A DNA stretch of 64,000 nucleotides from Camelus dromedarius (Eukaryota). The stretch spans positions 17,174,001-17,238,000 of the forward strand of contig NC_087436.1 in assembly GCF_036321535.1 (NCBI RefSeq). Reading direction: 5' to 3'. The translations under genes were made by a program, and so were the position numbers. How positions within the stretch are numbered: position 1 is the first letter of the stretch; every line of letters starts with the position of its first letter. The notes beneath the pieces were generated by a model that was given only the letters and a program-made list of their open reading frames with translations, ran no database searches and was not told the DNA's origin. This document shows, one piece after another, positions 37,055 through 51,358 of the stretch.

Positions 37055-37519
37055 TGTGAAGGGAAAGCTGGGCTGGTCTAACAAGATAACTCACAGGTCT
37101 AGGAATGTGAAGGAGAGGCTGGGCTGGGCTAACAAGATAACTCACAAATCTAAGTATTGGAATACTGATCTGAGTTCTGCTGGACCAACTTGTAAATCTA
37201 AGTTAATCAGTGTTGGTTTGCTGTTTATGTTTTTTTGCTAGCCAGCTGGATTTTCAAAGATACATATCTGGCTTTGGAATGTTGGTTTGCTGCCTCCCCA
37301 CCTCCACTTTTGTGATGATAATGCTGCTAAAGCTGTTCCATGCCTATTGGCCGAATACCCCAAGCTTGTACTTTACCCTATAAAACCTCATGTGCACATC
37401 TTGGAGGTGCTCAGACCTTCGGAGCAGAAGCCCCTCTGAGCCCGCCGGCGTAATACATCTGAGTACTCCAACCCTCCAAGTAGTGCTTGTTTCTTGACTG
37501 GCCTGTCATTTCCGTAACA
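37055..37519 (+). mobile_element. Relatively young ERV solo LTR (465 bp) inserted in an L2 end
   Basis: TG...CA termini with flanks atac/atgc (4-bp TSD, 1 mismatch). Inverted CCAAT (37346-37350) and TATAAAA (37379-37385). CpGs retained. 51-bp tandem duplication at the 5' end. Confidence 0.8.
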
Positions 37520-38984
37520 ATGCAATGAACAAATATTTAAGATCTTAGCCCCTATGATAGTCATCTGAAATTCTTCAGTTATAGAAATAAATAGCTCTCT
37601 CTGTTTTGAAATTTGACACTAATGTTTTCAAATTTTTATTTTATTTTAGAGGTGAATAATTGCTATTGAAGTGTCCTAATTAATTTATAATCCATTCTGA
37701 GGTATCTCTCTCATTTTACCTTTTAAAAAATTGTTCTTTTACTTTTTGCTTTTGAAAATTTTAGTCTGAGGTTGGAAATCAAGAGGGTATAAAATAAAAG
37801 TAAATATTACATCATTACTACTACTGCTATGTCACAAGGTTTCTCTTACATGTTTAGAGACAAGAAATATACCTACCTGCAATGTTTTCCAACTCAAATA
37901 AATTTGTATTAAAATAGCTTCCATAAATTATTAGCATTATTTCACCTACTTCACGAGCCAATGATGAGGTCATTCTGCAGAGGAAAAAGGCCAAAATATT
38001 ATCCTAGATTCTTCAAAGAGACTTCAGTAAAATTCTAAGTATTAGCTAGCACTCATGCTGATTTAGAGATCTGTAGTTCAAAGCAGATTACGTTCTCTTG
38101 ATTCTATTATTTATGGTCTAAGTAAACTGCAACCTACTCTTCTTTCAAAAATTTGTCCAAAATTAATCTGGAAACATTCTGTTCCAAACATAAGGGGTCT
38201 AGTATAAATATAATTAGGTTATAATGTCAAAAGTACCCATGCAGAAATTATACTAGCTTTACAGTTTGTAACTTAAAAAGATCATGCCCCATTTTGTCTA
38301 AAATCTACAAATGAAATGATCCTGCCTTCCAATATCTGTTGCAAAGAGATGATTTTGTTAGTTTTTAATTTCATATATTGTAAATTGACTTTATGTAAAA
38401 TATACTTCAAGAAAATCATGCAAATATAAACTCTTTAGCAAAACTGACAATCTTCCCAAACCTAAATTCATCTTAAGGAATTCAGCTAAAAATTACTACT
38501 TCTGAATAGTGATTCAAACCCTATCTCTCCCACACACATTTGTTTTACTTTCAGATACCAGGTTTCAACATAATCCAGGTTAGTTAGGTTGTCCCAGAAA
38601 TTTAGACTGAGAACAATCATCATCAAGACAAACAAACAAAAACAAAATAAAACAAGACAAAAACTTTGCATAGTAAGCTTGAAATTAACTAAGGACATAT
38701 AGATTTCATTTCAACTTTTGTCTTCTAGAAAGACCTACCTGCCAGGTGACTCGGTGGTCCATTGTTTTGGAGAAAGTGGAATTTCCTGTGAAAGAATGAG
38801 AACTGGTGAAAGGAAAAACCTGTCCCAAATAAACCTAAATAATTACATTAACTTCCATAGCTCTTATGAGAATTAACATCCATGCACATTGGGGTTAACA
38901 TCTGACAATCTTTGTGAGGATTTAAACTATTTTATCTACAGTTAACTCTTGGAAAATGTACTAGATATATCTTTTGGCAATTAC

Positions 38985-39420
38985 AATAGAACTCTACTCC
39001 TTTCTATGCTTTCCCCTCTTTACCAGACCTGAAAGTTATCAACTACAGCTCCCAGATCCTCTTACCTCCAAGATTCTAGTTGCAATTTACATTCTGCCAA
39101 AGAAAGTTGCTCAAGGCTGGGCAGAAGCATGGGCCCTTGGGAAGCAGGAGATTTTGTAGCAGCCCTCAGGCATCACTGGTCTGAGTACTTCAGACAACTG
39201 GGGCATTTGGTAGAAGTTTGCCACAGTTCCCAACCGGGGTGTCCAGAGTAACTTCCTGATTCAGTGGAAATCGGTGGTATTCTAGAGAGAGAGTATTGGT
39301 TTTCCTGTATTTTCACTCAACTTTTCAATGCTCAATTATTTTTAACACATGAAACTCCTTGCATCAATTCCTTCTCTACTTCTAATATCTATACTGTGTC
39401 TAGTTTCCTGATGGAATGCT
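38985..39420 (+). mobile_element. Ancient ERVL LTR (LTR33/LTR16-like)
   Basis: aactacagctcccagatcctctt...ttctgccaa and a 3' end aattccttctctactt...tctagtttcctg. Confidence 0.45.
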
Positions 39421-39604
39421 TGTCTAGAAAAGGGTACTTATGTACATTATGTTTTATCAACAATGACTTCTTTTGATGAATCGTTTTACCAGAGGCCCAA
39501 CTAGAAATATCAGAGGACTAATCACAAAGAAATGATTATTTAGATGTATGCTCATTTGTGCCTTCTGAAGCTGAATCAAGACAACATTCTAATTACTTAA
39601 AAAA

Positions 39605-40625
39605 AATCTTATAGATACAAAGCTCACAGAACATAAATTCACCAATCTAACCCTTTTAAAGCATACAATTCAGTGATTCTCAGTACATTCATAATATTGT
39701 ACAAGCATCATCACTATCCAATTCCAGAATATTTTCATCATCCCCCAAAGAAACCACATATATCCCACTCCCCATTATCTCTTGGCAGTCACTAATCTCA
39801 TCTGTGTCTCTATGGATTTGCCTATTCTGGACAGTTCATATAAATGGAATCATACCATATGTGGCCTTTTGTGACTGGCTTCTTTCCCTTAGCATAATGT
39901 TTTCAAGATTCATCCATATTGGAGCATGTATCAATGCTTTGTTCCTTTTATGGGTGAATCATATTCCACCCTGTGGCTATAACACATTTTGTTTATCCAT
40001 GTAGCATTTGATGGACATTTGGATTGTTTCCACATTTTGGCTACTATGAATAATAGTGCTGTGAATATTTGTGTACAAGCTTTTGCGTGTACATGTTTTT
40101 AGTTCTCTTGGGTTTAGATCAAGGAGTGAAATTATGGGGTCATATGGTAAATTTACACTTCACTCTTCAAGGGAACTGTCAAATTGTTTTCCACACCAGT
40201 TGCACCATTATACATCCCCACCAGCAATGTGGGAGGGTTCCAATTTCTCCACATCCTCACCAACACTTGCTATTTTCCTATAAAAAAAATATGTAGGCAT
40301 CTTAGCACATGTTAAATGCTATCTCATTGTGGCTTCAATTTGAATCTCCCTAATGACTAAAAATGTTGAGCATATTTTATGTCCTTATTGGCCATTTGTA
40401 TATCCTCTTTGGAGAAATGTCTATTCAAATATTTTGCCCATTTTTAAATTGGGTTGTTTGTCTTTTTATTGTTGAGTTGTAAGAATTATTTATATACTCC
40501 AAATACTGGTTCTTTTTTTTTTTTTCTTTTGTCACATGAGTGATTTGCAAAGATTTTCTCTCATTTCATGGGTTGTCTTTTCACCTTCTTGATCGTGTCC
40601 TTTGATGCATAAAGATTTTAATTCT
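39605..40625 (-). mobile_element. L1MB-type 3' end
   Basis: catacaattcagtg...tgtctctatggatttgcctattctggac...ttggagaaatgtctattcaa...tttgatgc. Confidence 0.9.
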
Positions 40626-41879
40626 GAGTCATCTTGGGATAATATTGTAACATACGGGGTCTGAGTTACATTGTTAGCCATTATCAATTCTTGACCCAAT
40701 TAAAAAGCACATCATAAATAACTTCCATATATGCCTACATTTTCCTACTGCTTGTGTCCTCTACGTTAACCTCCTTTATCTTCTCACCAGAATATTTTGT
40801 TGGAATGCTTTTGTCATAATTGCTTTAAAAAGTTATCTGAATTAAGGTCACATTAGAGCTGCTAAAAAGTATAACACTTTTAATTACAATAATCCTGTAA
40901 TCAGAACTAAAATGTGTCATAACCTGTGGACAGAGGGTATGAAAGCATAAGATTAGATCCAATTGCAGAGCTTCCTGGGAAATGACGTCACATCACGACA
41001 GCACCACAAGTATCCTAGTTTGGGGATTATAACAGATTCTTCAGGGTCCATGTTCGGGGTGGCTGGAACTCTCTTTGACTAATTTTTGCCTCTGGAAAGC
41101 ATCCTTTGCATGGGGAATTTTGTTTTCACAAATGAGTTTATGAAAGTCAGTTCTATATGAAACTGTTTTTAATCTCAAATTCTTGGGATTAACACTGTTT
41201 TCAAAAATCCCATATTTATTTAGCAATTGGTTTAACAATGAGGTTTTTTTTTTAAGGGTCTACTTGTTAGAAAACATAGATATTATTCAAGACTTTGAAA
41301 TCCATGCCTACCTTGCTAAACATCAAAATCCAAGCCTTCATTTAATGTTATTTGAAATCTCTAAATAAATACATTTGTTTTTCACTGATAATAGATAATC
41401 GTAATATTTGAAGCATTTTTTCCAAACTAGAGCTAGACCTTCTAGTGTCTCCCTCTTACTTCTATCCCAGCTACATGATTCTTTTATATAGTCCCTCAAA
41501 ATGGTATCATCCCCAGGATTCTGGGTTGAAAATTCACTGCTCCATACTATATAAAATGTCTTTCTTCACATTTTTGTGAGTCCAGGAATATCCATCTTTT
41601 TAAGTCAGACTGAAGATCCATCCATCCAGTGTTCTGGGAACAGAAGTTTTAAGCAATGTTCCACTGGTGGACAGGGATGCAATTTCCCTCAGTGTCAGCT
41701 TAGGTACACTCAAATTTCTGAATGTAGCCATTTTTAGCCCCTTCATTTGTAAATTCCTCCCAATTTTTTTTTCAAAATTATTTGGCTATGCTACTTTTTA
41801 AGTACGGCATACACAAAAGACCTTTTCTCTTAACTTATTCGAAGTATTCTTCCTCTTAATAGGTCCATGTTTGGGGGAA

Positions 41880-42290
41880 GGGGCTCATCTGATTTTAAAC
41901 ATGTTGACTTGGAAATGCCTATGTAATGTCGATTTGGGATAGTTCAAGCCATCTACGGAAGGAATATCATAATATCTGAAATGAGGAGAGAGAAAGGCCT
42001 GGGAAAAGTCCTGGTTGGGGATGGAAAGGGTATTACTGTGCAGGTAGCGGAGGGAGGGAGAGAAGACGCTTCAAGGCTAAGAACGAAAGGCTGAAATAAA
42101 GGAAGAAAACCAGGGGTGGGAAATATCCCACAAACCTGAGAAGGAAGAAATGTAAAACAAACTCCTATATTCAGAAATTCAAAAACAAGTGGTGTCTGTT
42201 AAATACGGGTAATTTCTACTAGACTGATAAATGAGACTACTGGTGACCTTCCCCCAAACTGCTATGGTGAAATTGTAGTGGTCAGTCTTG
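41880..42290 (-). mobile_element. Decayed L2 fragments
   Basis: ttttaaacatgttgacttggaaatgcct...gaggagagag...actggtgacctt. Confidence 0.45.
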
Positions 42291-45200
42291 AGCACGAGGG
42301 CAAAATAAGAGAGTGGAGCGAGCACACGCAGGCTCTTCTTCCCAAGACCTCACTAAGACAGGATGGGTGCACTAGCGTAGTAGCTAAAAAGGAAGGTAAA
42401 TTGGAGGGGGCTTTTGTTTTGTTTTGGTTAGGTTTAAGGTATAAGAGATTTGACCATATTTATAGAACACAAGGAATAAAACAGAAATAGATAAGAGAAA
42501 GAGAAAGATAGAGAAGCATATTTTTAAAGGAGGAAGGTCAAGGTGGGTTCACAACCAAGTGGTGTTTACAAGACTTGAAATGAGACAAAAAGCCCTCTTC
42601 CTCCAAGCTTTGAGGAAACACCGTGAAAGTGGTTGAATTTTCAGAAAATGTGTGTTGATGATCATGGCAGGTGGGGAGTGGAGGGAGTTCCCCGCAATGA
42701 TCTGTAAGAGGGAATAATTATTTCTGAGAAATTTAGGAGTTATTTAGAGGTCTTGGGATGTACTGAAGGTGAGAAATGGCAGGTGAGTGAAATATATTGA
42801 AGTGATTACCAGGGACAAGCTGAGAATCTAGCTAATCTTTTGGGCAGATATCAATCAGAAGTTTAATGACTTTTTTCCCCTAGCAACATTAGGATAACTA
42901 AAGCAATGGCAGCTGAATTGGAAGGAAGGGGACAGATTTAGAACTTTAAGAGTTTTGAAGATGTTCAGTGTTTCCAAATGATCACCAGTGCCCTCCATTG
43001 GTTTTCCCATTTTATTTTCATCTTAGTAAAATTAGCTTGATTGTACTCAGCCTGAGAGCACTGAGTAAATTCTGGATGAACAGACCTTGGAACTGGAAAC
43101 AGCCTCAATACTACATCTACTTTGGCCCCCATGACTTAATGCAAGTTGAGACATTAGACTCTTTACAGATGATATAATCAAACCTCAAAGACTTGCCCAA
43201 AACCAATAGCTAGTTAATGGCTGAATGGGAAGTACAGGGTGTCAGGAAGGAGAGTGCCACCTGGAAAACACGGTGAACACATTTCCAGGGATGATGGATG
43301 GCTTGGGATTCATTTTGCAAAATGTAGTTTAGGAAGTTGGAGCTGAACAATGGTTTATTGTGTATCACATAATGTAAGGGGAGTGGACACTGATCATCTA
43401 ACCCTGGTTTGCTCTTTAAAGAGGTTAAGTGCCTTTTATTCCCATACTTTAGTTATAATTATGTATTGGACTTTTTCAAATCCAAGCATGGACCTCCTTG
43501 TTTGAAAATGTATTGTCTCCCAAAAGATACATAATAAATCCAGCTGTCTGAGCTAAACACCTCTGAGAATTGCCCAACAAGAAGCCAGAAGCAAGAACAA
43601 GATAAGCCCTTCATGCTGCTTGTGGCATCACAGTAGAGCAGCTACTTGAGCTTCTGTGGTTTTGTGGAACAAGGTCTCCGTTAGGTCATAACTAAATATG
43701 TATTAAGGTTTTCAAGAAACAGCAAAATGGAATAAGCCCCGTGGACTAATTCTACACAATTGAAGAATCCTTGATAAAACAGCTTTCAGAATTCAAGTTA
43801 TTATAAATTTACATAAAATACTAAAATAATCTAGAAATCTCCTTGGAACAAGATGGCAATTTCGGGGTAGCAACTTCCAGGACTATGCTAAAATTCATCC
43901 ACTCTGCACTGTTTGTATGTATGTGGGAGTTTTATTCTGCTAAGGGGATTGGCTTTGGTTTTAAGACACATCAGTTTCTTAAAGCAACATATTGTAGACC
44001 TAAATTCCTGCTGTTTTCAAGGTTTTTGCCTTTTTACCCCTTAGGAGAGCTTTGAGGAAAGCCTAAATAATGAACACATAGAATATGCATACACATGAAT
44101 GCATAGCATATAGAAATATTATTTGTTTGTTTAACATTATTAAACCTCTTCCACTTGCAAAGCACATATTCAGCATTTGAGGGGTACAGCTTCACTCAGT
44201 TAAACAAATAACTATTCAACATCTAAAATGTTCTAGACCTGAGTATAGATATGATTAATCACGGAGTTTGCTCAGAGGAATCTGATTATTCCTTTTACGT
44301 GTACTAACTGAAAAGGAAGAAAGTAAAACAATAATAATTGCAGATGTGCACTCTATCTTCACCCCAGGGTTGTTTGTTTGCAAAGCATCTGCGAATGACT
44401 AATTCACTGAGGAGGAACATAAGCACCTCTCTGCTGGTGGTGGGGAGAGTAGTTTGGCTGCTATGACGTTGGTCCAGGCAGGAAATTACAAGTGCCTGCA
44501 CCAAAGCAGTAGAAATTGAAATAGAGACACGAGGGCACATTCAGTTCATCTATAAGTGTTATTATCAACACAAGTTGATGTCAGATTAGACGGGGAGAGT
44601 GAACAAGTGGATAATTCTTATGTTGAATACTACTAGCATTTGGGGGCTTTTTGATCAAAGTCTAGTAATGGTCATGCAGAGGCTCATGGACTGCATTAAA
44701 ATATGATGACAACTATACATAGTTTCCTAGAAAAAGTATAGGACACAAAGAAAGTTGGCATATATTAGGAACATCATGGTCTTCCTGAAATCAGTCTATG
44801 ATCTCTTTTGGTTTGAAGCATGGTTTAAATTATGAAGATTTGGGATCAAAACTTCAACTGAAAGTCAACCTTATCTATTCTTCATTTGTATTATTTCCAT
44901 GTATATCTTCATACAATTATATGTATATATTTATATGCTGTGTTAGCAGGTTTCAAGTTCTTATTTAATGTGCAAAATTTCATATTTCAGTCATTAAAGC
45001 AATGATTATGTGCCATGCACACTGCACTATGTAGTACAGGTAAATCGTGACCAGAACAGGCGTGATGACTTTGTCATGAAGACTGCAGTGTGATTACAAA
45101 TGTGAATTGTGCTCTGAAGGAAAATTGAGGGGTGCTATGAAGATAATGTCAGTCTAGAGATGGAGATGGAGGTAGAGAGGTAGTAAGATCATGGAAGGTT

Positions 45201-45299
45201 AATCTGGGGAAGCAAATATATAAGTGAATGAAAAAAGAGTAAATGATAAATGAATAAATTGGACCTTAAGCCCTTAAGGCTTACCTTTTTGAAACAAAT

Positions 45300-45910
45300 A
45301 TGTAATGGCTTTACTGATATATAATTTGCATACCATACAACTCACCTACTTAAAGTGCACAATTTAATGGCTTTCAGTATAATCTTAACGTTGGACAAGC
45401 ATTATTACAATCAAATCTGGAACACTTTCAACACCCCCAAAATAAACGCATACCCATTAGCAGTCACACACGTTTCCCTATAACTTGTCTCTTCAACCTC
45501 CACCAGGCAAGCAGTAATTGTTTTCTGAATATATAGATTTGCCTATTTTTTGACACCTTATATAACTGGAGTCACACAATATTGTTCTTTTGTGACTGAC
45601 TTCTTTCCTAGTATAATGTTTTCAATGTTCACCCATGAGGTAGCAGGTATCAGGACTTTATTTCTTTTTATAGCTAAGTAGTATTCAATTGAATGAATAT
45701 ACCACATTTTACGTATCCATACATCAACGATGAACATTTGGGTTATTTCCACTGACTTGTTTGGCTGTTGTGAATAATACCGCTATGAATATCTGTTCAG
45801 AATTTTGTGTGGATATGTTTCTTTGTTTTCTTCTCTCTTAAGTATATGTCTAGAATTGTCACATGGTAACTCTATTTTTAATCTTTTAATGAACAGCCAA
45901 ACTATTTCCC
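45300..45910 (-). mobile_element. L1MB-type 3' end
   Basis: gctttactgatatataatttgcataccatacaactcacctacttaaagtgcacaatt...ccaaactattt. ORF 45558-45752 (-) reads WIRKMWYIHSIEYY. Confidence 0.9.
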
Positions 45911-48522
45911 TTACCTTTATTTTAAATTTTATTACATTTGTCTTATGACTTCCGTGTCTTGCTTTGGGTAATAGAGGTTTCTTGGAAAAATTTCATTCAG
46001 GTTGAATTATTTATTAATGGGATCATGTTTTATGTGCTCAAAGGGAGCTTGATATTTAATGGCATCTGGATTTTTAACACTTACGTAAAAGCTTTGAATT
46101 AGGGAACAGAAAACCTGGATTCTAAAGCTGACCTTTAACATTAACTCACTATGTGACCTGGACATGACTATTAACTTTTAAGAAAAAAGGAACTTTCTTT
46201 TAAGAAAAATTATCTAATACAGTGTGTACCCACTAGTGAAGTCCAAGGGTGACCAGAAAAACTGACAAATTACCAAACTTAGATAAATTCAGGTGATTTA
46301 AGGGAAAGGTCTGATTGGGATATTTGTCATTTTATTTAAATTTATAATCAAAATACACAAAGAATTCAAAGTGAGAATCTCAATTTTGGATACTCAACCT
46401 CCCTTCCCTGTATATTATTTGGCCAGAGTTTTAGTTTAATTTTTTTTCCATTGCCTTCTTTTATCTAAGAGCCAAGCAGAATACTGAGAGAAGTAGAAAC
46501 CTGAATGATCAGTTAATTAACCAGCCTCTTAATGTTGATGTTTGGAATTTTAGTGTGGAATCAAACATTCGACAGCTCTGAGATTCCTGGGAAGTCAGAT
46601 TATGCTGAATTCCTGGAGCTTAAAAGGTATAGCAGCTGGTTTATAGCCGCCATTATCAGGAGGGTTTTTTTTTTTTTTTTTCACTTTTTTTTCTTTTTTA
46701 AGTTTAAGTAGGTTAATCTTCAGCCTTTTATTTTATAAAGAAGACAAATTGGCTAGAAATGGAAAAAGCTATGCTGTCAAACTGTGTAATTTTTGAGCTA
46801 TTCCTCCTACGGAAAAGAGAGATACCATTCAGTTAGTATTCACCCTGCATGTGTTGACAGCCTATTGCATGCGAATCACTCATCTGGTTGAGGTGGAGGA
46901 TGCAAAGGTAAGTAACACTCACAACTTTCCAAAAGTTTATCTAAGGTACACAGATAGCTGTTAAATATGTTGAAAATGTTTAAAGGTCATTAGATCTCTA
47001 AATAAAGATGCTGAGGAAATTCAGAGGGAGAAGAAATGACTCTTGCCAGAAGGATTAGAGAAGGTTTGGAAGGGGGGATTTGGCTCCATTCACACTGAGC
47101 CCTGGAGGATGAGAGACCACATTCCATACGGCAGACGATGCAAAGGCCTTCTAGACAAAGGGTGCATAAGGAACAAAGCACGGAATGAGAAAGCACACCA
47201 AGTCTGTTTGGGAAAGAATGGTTTTATCCACAAACTTTCAAGAAAAGCCTAAGATAGGATCTTCTACAAATTCCCTAGAGGTTTCAAATAACACCTGAGT
47301 TGGACAGTCTTCTAAGAATCTTGATGTTCTTTTCCTGCATGATTTTTGGGGGATCCCTTCCTCCTCACTTTTCATCCCACTGGAGGGAAACAGAGCACCC
47401 AAAGCTCCAAAAGGGTATTATTGGAATTGCCATATGACTTTACATAGAGAGAAGGACGTTTCTGCCCAAAGACTATGCCCACGTAATGATCCATGTATGA
47501 ATGAATGAATGAGTGAATGGAGGGGAGATCAGCAGACCCTTGTTTATGGTCTAGTGGGGATGCTGAGGGGAACATTTTAAGAAATGGGTTATAAAATGTT
47601 CCAGATTCTTATACTGTGAAATCTCTTCAAAGATGCTTTTGGGGACTCACAAATCTGTTACACTACTTCCTGTAGAAGCCATGGTTTCACTTGAACTATG
47701 GAGAGTCCAAACAGAGAGCAAAGAAACATCTCCACCTGCCAAACAGTTGCTGATGAAATAATTTAGCTTAAAATGTGACAGTGTCAATGTGTGAGATTAA
47801 GGACTAATATTTTCTCTGCTTGTCATTTGTTTGGCATTGCCATTTATTTATTCAGAAAATCAATGGAAATTTGTTCAACTTTTGAAACTCTGATTTATAG
47901 TCCAAGAGACAGAAAATATATTTTTGTAAATGAATAAGCTTTAGAATACACTATGTGTCAGGAAGCTTTCTATGGAGTCTTCAAAGGACATTGCCTATGA
48001 AAGAAGCTAAATAAAAAATAGAGAATTAAGATAATTTGTTCAGTTTAATCAATAAAGTGTTTTCATCTAAATAGTTTGGACTCTTTCTAAAATCATGATG
48101 GGCTTGAATAATTTAAATTAGTTAAACATTCTGCTAAATATGAAACCTCTGGCTAACTGTATTGTATAATCTGAAACTGTCAATTATAGTTTTCTGTCTG
48201 AAAGACATGATATAAATTCAACAACAACAACAAAAGTGGGTCTTAAGACCATTTCTGACTACACTGAGACATAGACAAAGTTGATAAGAAAGCAAAGAGT
48301 TAATCTTACGAGAACCAACCTTAAAAGTGAAAACAGAAGAAAAACAGTTTTATATTTTTCTCTTTGTGAATCAAAACCATTTATAATTTTTCATCACATG
48401 ATATGTGTTCTAACCAATTGTGGAAACTGTTTATAATGTCATACCCCTCAACTGTTTAACTGTGGCTGAAGGTTTTTTTTTTTAAGAACGCAACACTTTG
48501 ACATATTTGTATCAGGTCTTTT

Positions 48523-48798
48523 TTTTTTTTCCCTTTAAATCATTTATTTATTTATTTATTGAAGTACAGTCAGTTACAATGTGTTAATCTCTGGTGTACA
48601 GCACAATGTCCCAGCAATGCATATACGTTCGTATATTCATTTACATATTTTTCCATTAGAGGTTATTATAAGATATTGAACATGGTTCCCTGTGCTATAC
48701 AGAAGAAGCTTTTTAAAAATCTATTTTTATTTTTAAAATAAGTAAATTTCAAATTCCCAGATTTATCCCTTCCATCACCTTTCCCCGGTAACCATAAA
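48523..48798 (-). mobile_element. Short young L1 3' end with TSD
   Basis: T/(ATTT)n tail followed by tttattgaagtacagtcagttacaatg. TSD tatcaggtctttt at 48510-48522 and 48801-48813. Confidence 0.9.
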
Positions 48799-48924
48799 TA
48801 TATCAGGTCTTTTGTGAAGGTGATATTCCAGATACAGGTGATACTGCTCTGTGACTCTTCACAGTTTATTCCTGTCCTTCTACCCAATGGTACCCAATAA
48901 CCTAAGTGTAATGTTTCTTCCTTT

Positions 48925-49100
48925 CATCATTTATCATTCATTTAATAAATATTTATCAAGTGCCCCTTATGGGCCTGGGACTCTTCTACATGTGGGGAAT
49001 ACATGCAGCAGTGAACAAAGCAACCATTCTCATTCTCATAGACCCAATATTCTAATGTGGGAGGGGATGGGCAACATGAAAATAAACAAGCAAATTATAT
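48925..49100 (-). mobile_element. L2 3' end
   Basis: cattcatttaataaatatttatcaagtgcc...ggggaatac...cagtgaacaaa. Confidence 0.7.
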
Positions 49101-50908
49101 GGACAGAACCGATAATTTTGTCTCAGAGAGATTTAGCTCTAAAATTCATCCTCACACAAGGTGCACAGTCAGTTACATTCATTAGTATTCACAAGTACAC
49201 CTCAGAGTCAGGTCAATGGGGTTGACTGTGAATACAACCAAGTACCTTTTTTCCTCTGTCGTAAAGTTTGAGTTGCCCTGACAACTCTTCAGCTTTTGTA
49301 AGTAGTTTAATCTGGGGTTTAGAGACCTATTATGCAGTCACATGGGGCACCAAACTTACTGTACAGTGTCCAAATGTTAGTGAATTCACTTGGCTTGTTG
49401 TCAGCGGTCGACATTGGATATCAAGGTTCTGGCAGGAACCTGCATGAAGTCATCTCTTCCACCTTCACTTGACCTCAGCCCAGGGGCTGTAACATTTCAT
49501 AATACATCAAGACACATCAACTCCACGCCAGTCCTGCCCTCCATCCATGCTGAGCTTAACTAACAAGTAAATTAAGCAAAGTTCAGTTATGAGAAACAAT
49601 GTTTTCACCCCGTTCAGATGTTTATCAGATTTCCTATTGAATAAGATTTTTATTTGAGAAAACAAAAGATAGGATCTGATCTTAAATCCAACTATACTTT
49701 CAGCATTTAAAAAAGTTGTTTATGTGAGCTGATGACTTTTACCTGTTTTTGCATATCAATCATTATTGGAAGCAATGCCAAAATTGTAGTATATAAGAAA
49801 AAGATAAATGTAAGAGATACTTTCATCCTATGTATAGCTTGCTAAGAAATAAACTATACTAATGATTTGTACAGAAGAAATTTATATATTTCAGACAGAT
49901 TTAGAAAAAAAATGCACCTGAAATAGTACATCAGCAAATGCATCTGAAGATTCATTCATTGAAAACTGTGTTAATTTGATGTCATTCTAAACAAACAAGT
50001 ACAACAGGAATTGATTTAGGGCTATTAATCTTAAGATCAATCTTAATAAAAAAAAATTGAGCTGACTTCTAAAATAAACAAACAAATAAAAGGCAAAACC
50101 CCAAACAAAGAAACCTAACTCTAGCAATTTGAACTGGCTTTATAATGTGTTTTTTTCTCTTGGAGATAATCGGGCATGGGCAGATGTTTATGCTTTGCTT
50201 GTGCAAGTCATTTTGCTAGATGGTGAGGATCGGGTATTGTTCACATTCTGAGTGCCATCTTCTTTGGCTGGAGGGACCGGAGGTTTGAACCAAAGATTCC
50301 GGAATCTCAGAAGCTTTTGTCATTCTAGAGACCACTTGCTGACACAAAGTTCAATGGCTTCTCACTGAATCAACAGGACCCTGCCACACGCATGGGGAGG
50401 GCTGAGTTTGGGAGAACACATGCAAGGACTTTTCTTCCTTCCTTGGCCTGTCTCAGCATTCTGAAGGCTGTCCAACTCTGGGAGCTCACCAAGTTTCATT
50501 TCATCCATTAGGCCTGGCATAAAGAGCAAACCTGCAAATTCTGTCAAAGTGGGTGATGTATGGCTGCTGAGAAATTCAAATTGCTTCAAGTGTGGGAGCC
50601 AACAAAGTAATGTCCCACTACAGGATGAGATCACAACATCATGCGCTCATTCTCTGTGCGAGCCGCATTCTATATGCATGGGGGAGAGCCAAAGCATGAG
50701 TTCATTGAAGGAATGGTGAAGTGCTTCTCCTTAACCCTTAGCTTCCAAGAGTTCGATCATATCCAACATGGCGCTAGATCCCACATCAGATACCCATGGG
50801 CATAGCACTGCACTCCACACAGAAACAAAAAACAGTAAACCAGATGCATAGAAAACAAAGTGCAAATCAACTTTAGATTATTGAATGGATTGAAATTCCC
50901 AAGTACCC

Positions 50909-51358
50909 TGTGGAATGAAAGAGAAATGCACAATGTAAAAGTTGTGCATTAAGTTTTATTTGGGGAACTTACTAAGGACTATATAATGGGAAACAGCCTT
51001 CGGATAGCTCTGAGGAACTGCTTTGAAGCAGTACGGGAGGAGTCAGGATATATATTTTTTCTAGGGGGAAAAAACCCATGTAAGTTGAACATTAAAAGAT
51101 TAATACTAATCACAAAGAATAGATATCTCAAGTTAATGATTTTAGTGCCTTTCTATGAATGGAAAGATGCAAGAATCTAGGGTCATTGAAAATTTTCTTT
51201 AGATATATATCTTAACTATCTGTCGACTCAGTATACCCAAAGCACAGAATGCCTCCTGTTTTTCCCCACCCTAAGTTCCCCTCAGGGTGCAGTGCAGTAG
51301 CTCATGGCTTGATCCTTGTGGAACTGGAGCAGTAGGCAATGTTTTTTTCTTTATAGCA
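50909..51358 (-). mobile_element. ERV solo LTR (cetartiodactyl ERV1-type)
   Basis: TG...CA termini. Minus-strand AATAAA (tttatt, ~50955). gatagctctgaggaactgct...ggaagatgcaagaatct...ggtcattgaaa is typical of ungulate LTRs. Confidence 0.75.

Noticed and set aside
37055..37156. 51-bp direct repeat as a CRISPR-like array
   Set aside because: Only two adjacent copies, no spacers and no cas genes; it is part of an LTR U3 region
50268..50307. tRNA-3'-like sequence on the minus strand (ggttcaaacctccggtccctcca) and the 14-bp palindrome agattccggaatct
   Set aside because: The T-stem does not pair, there is no 5' tRNA half, and no adjacent LTR makes it a primer-binding site. A 14-bp palindrome is expected by chance in 64 kb.
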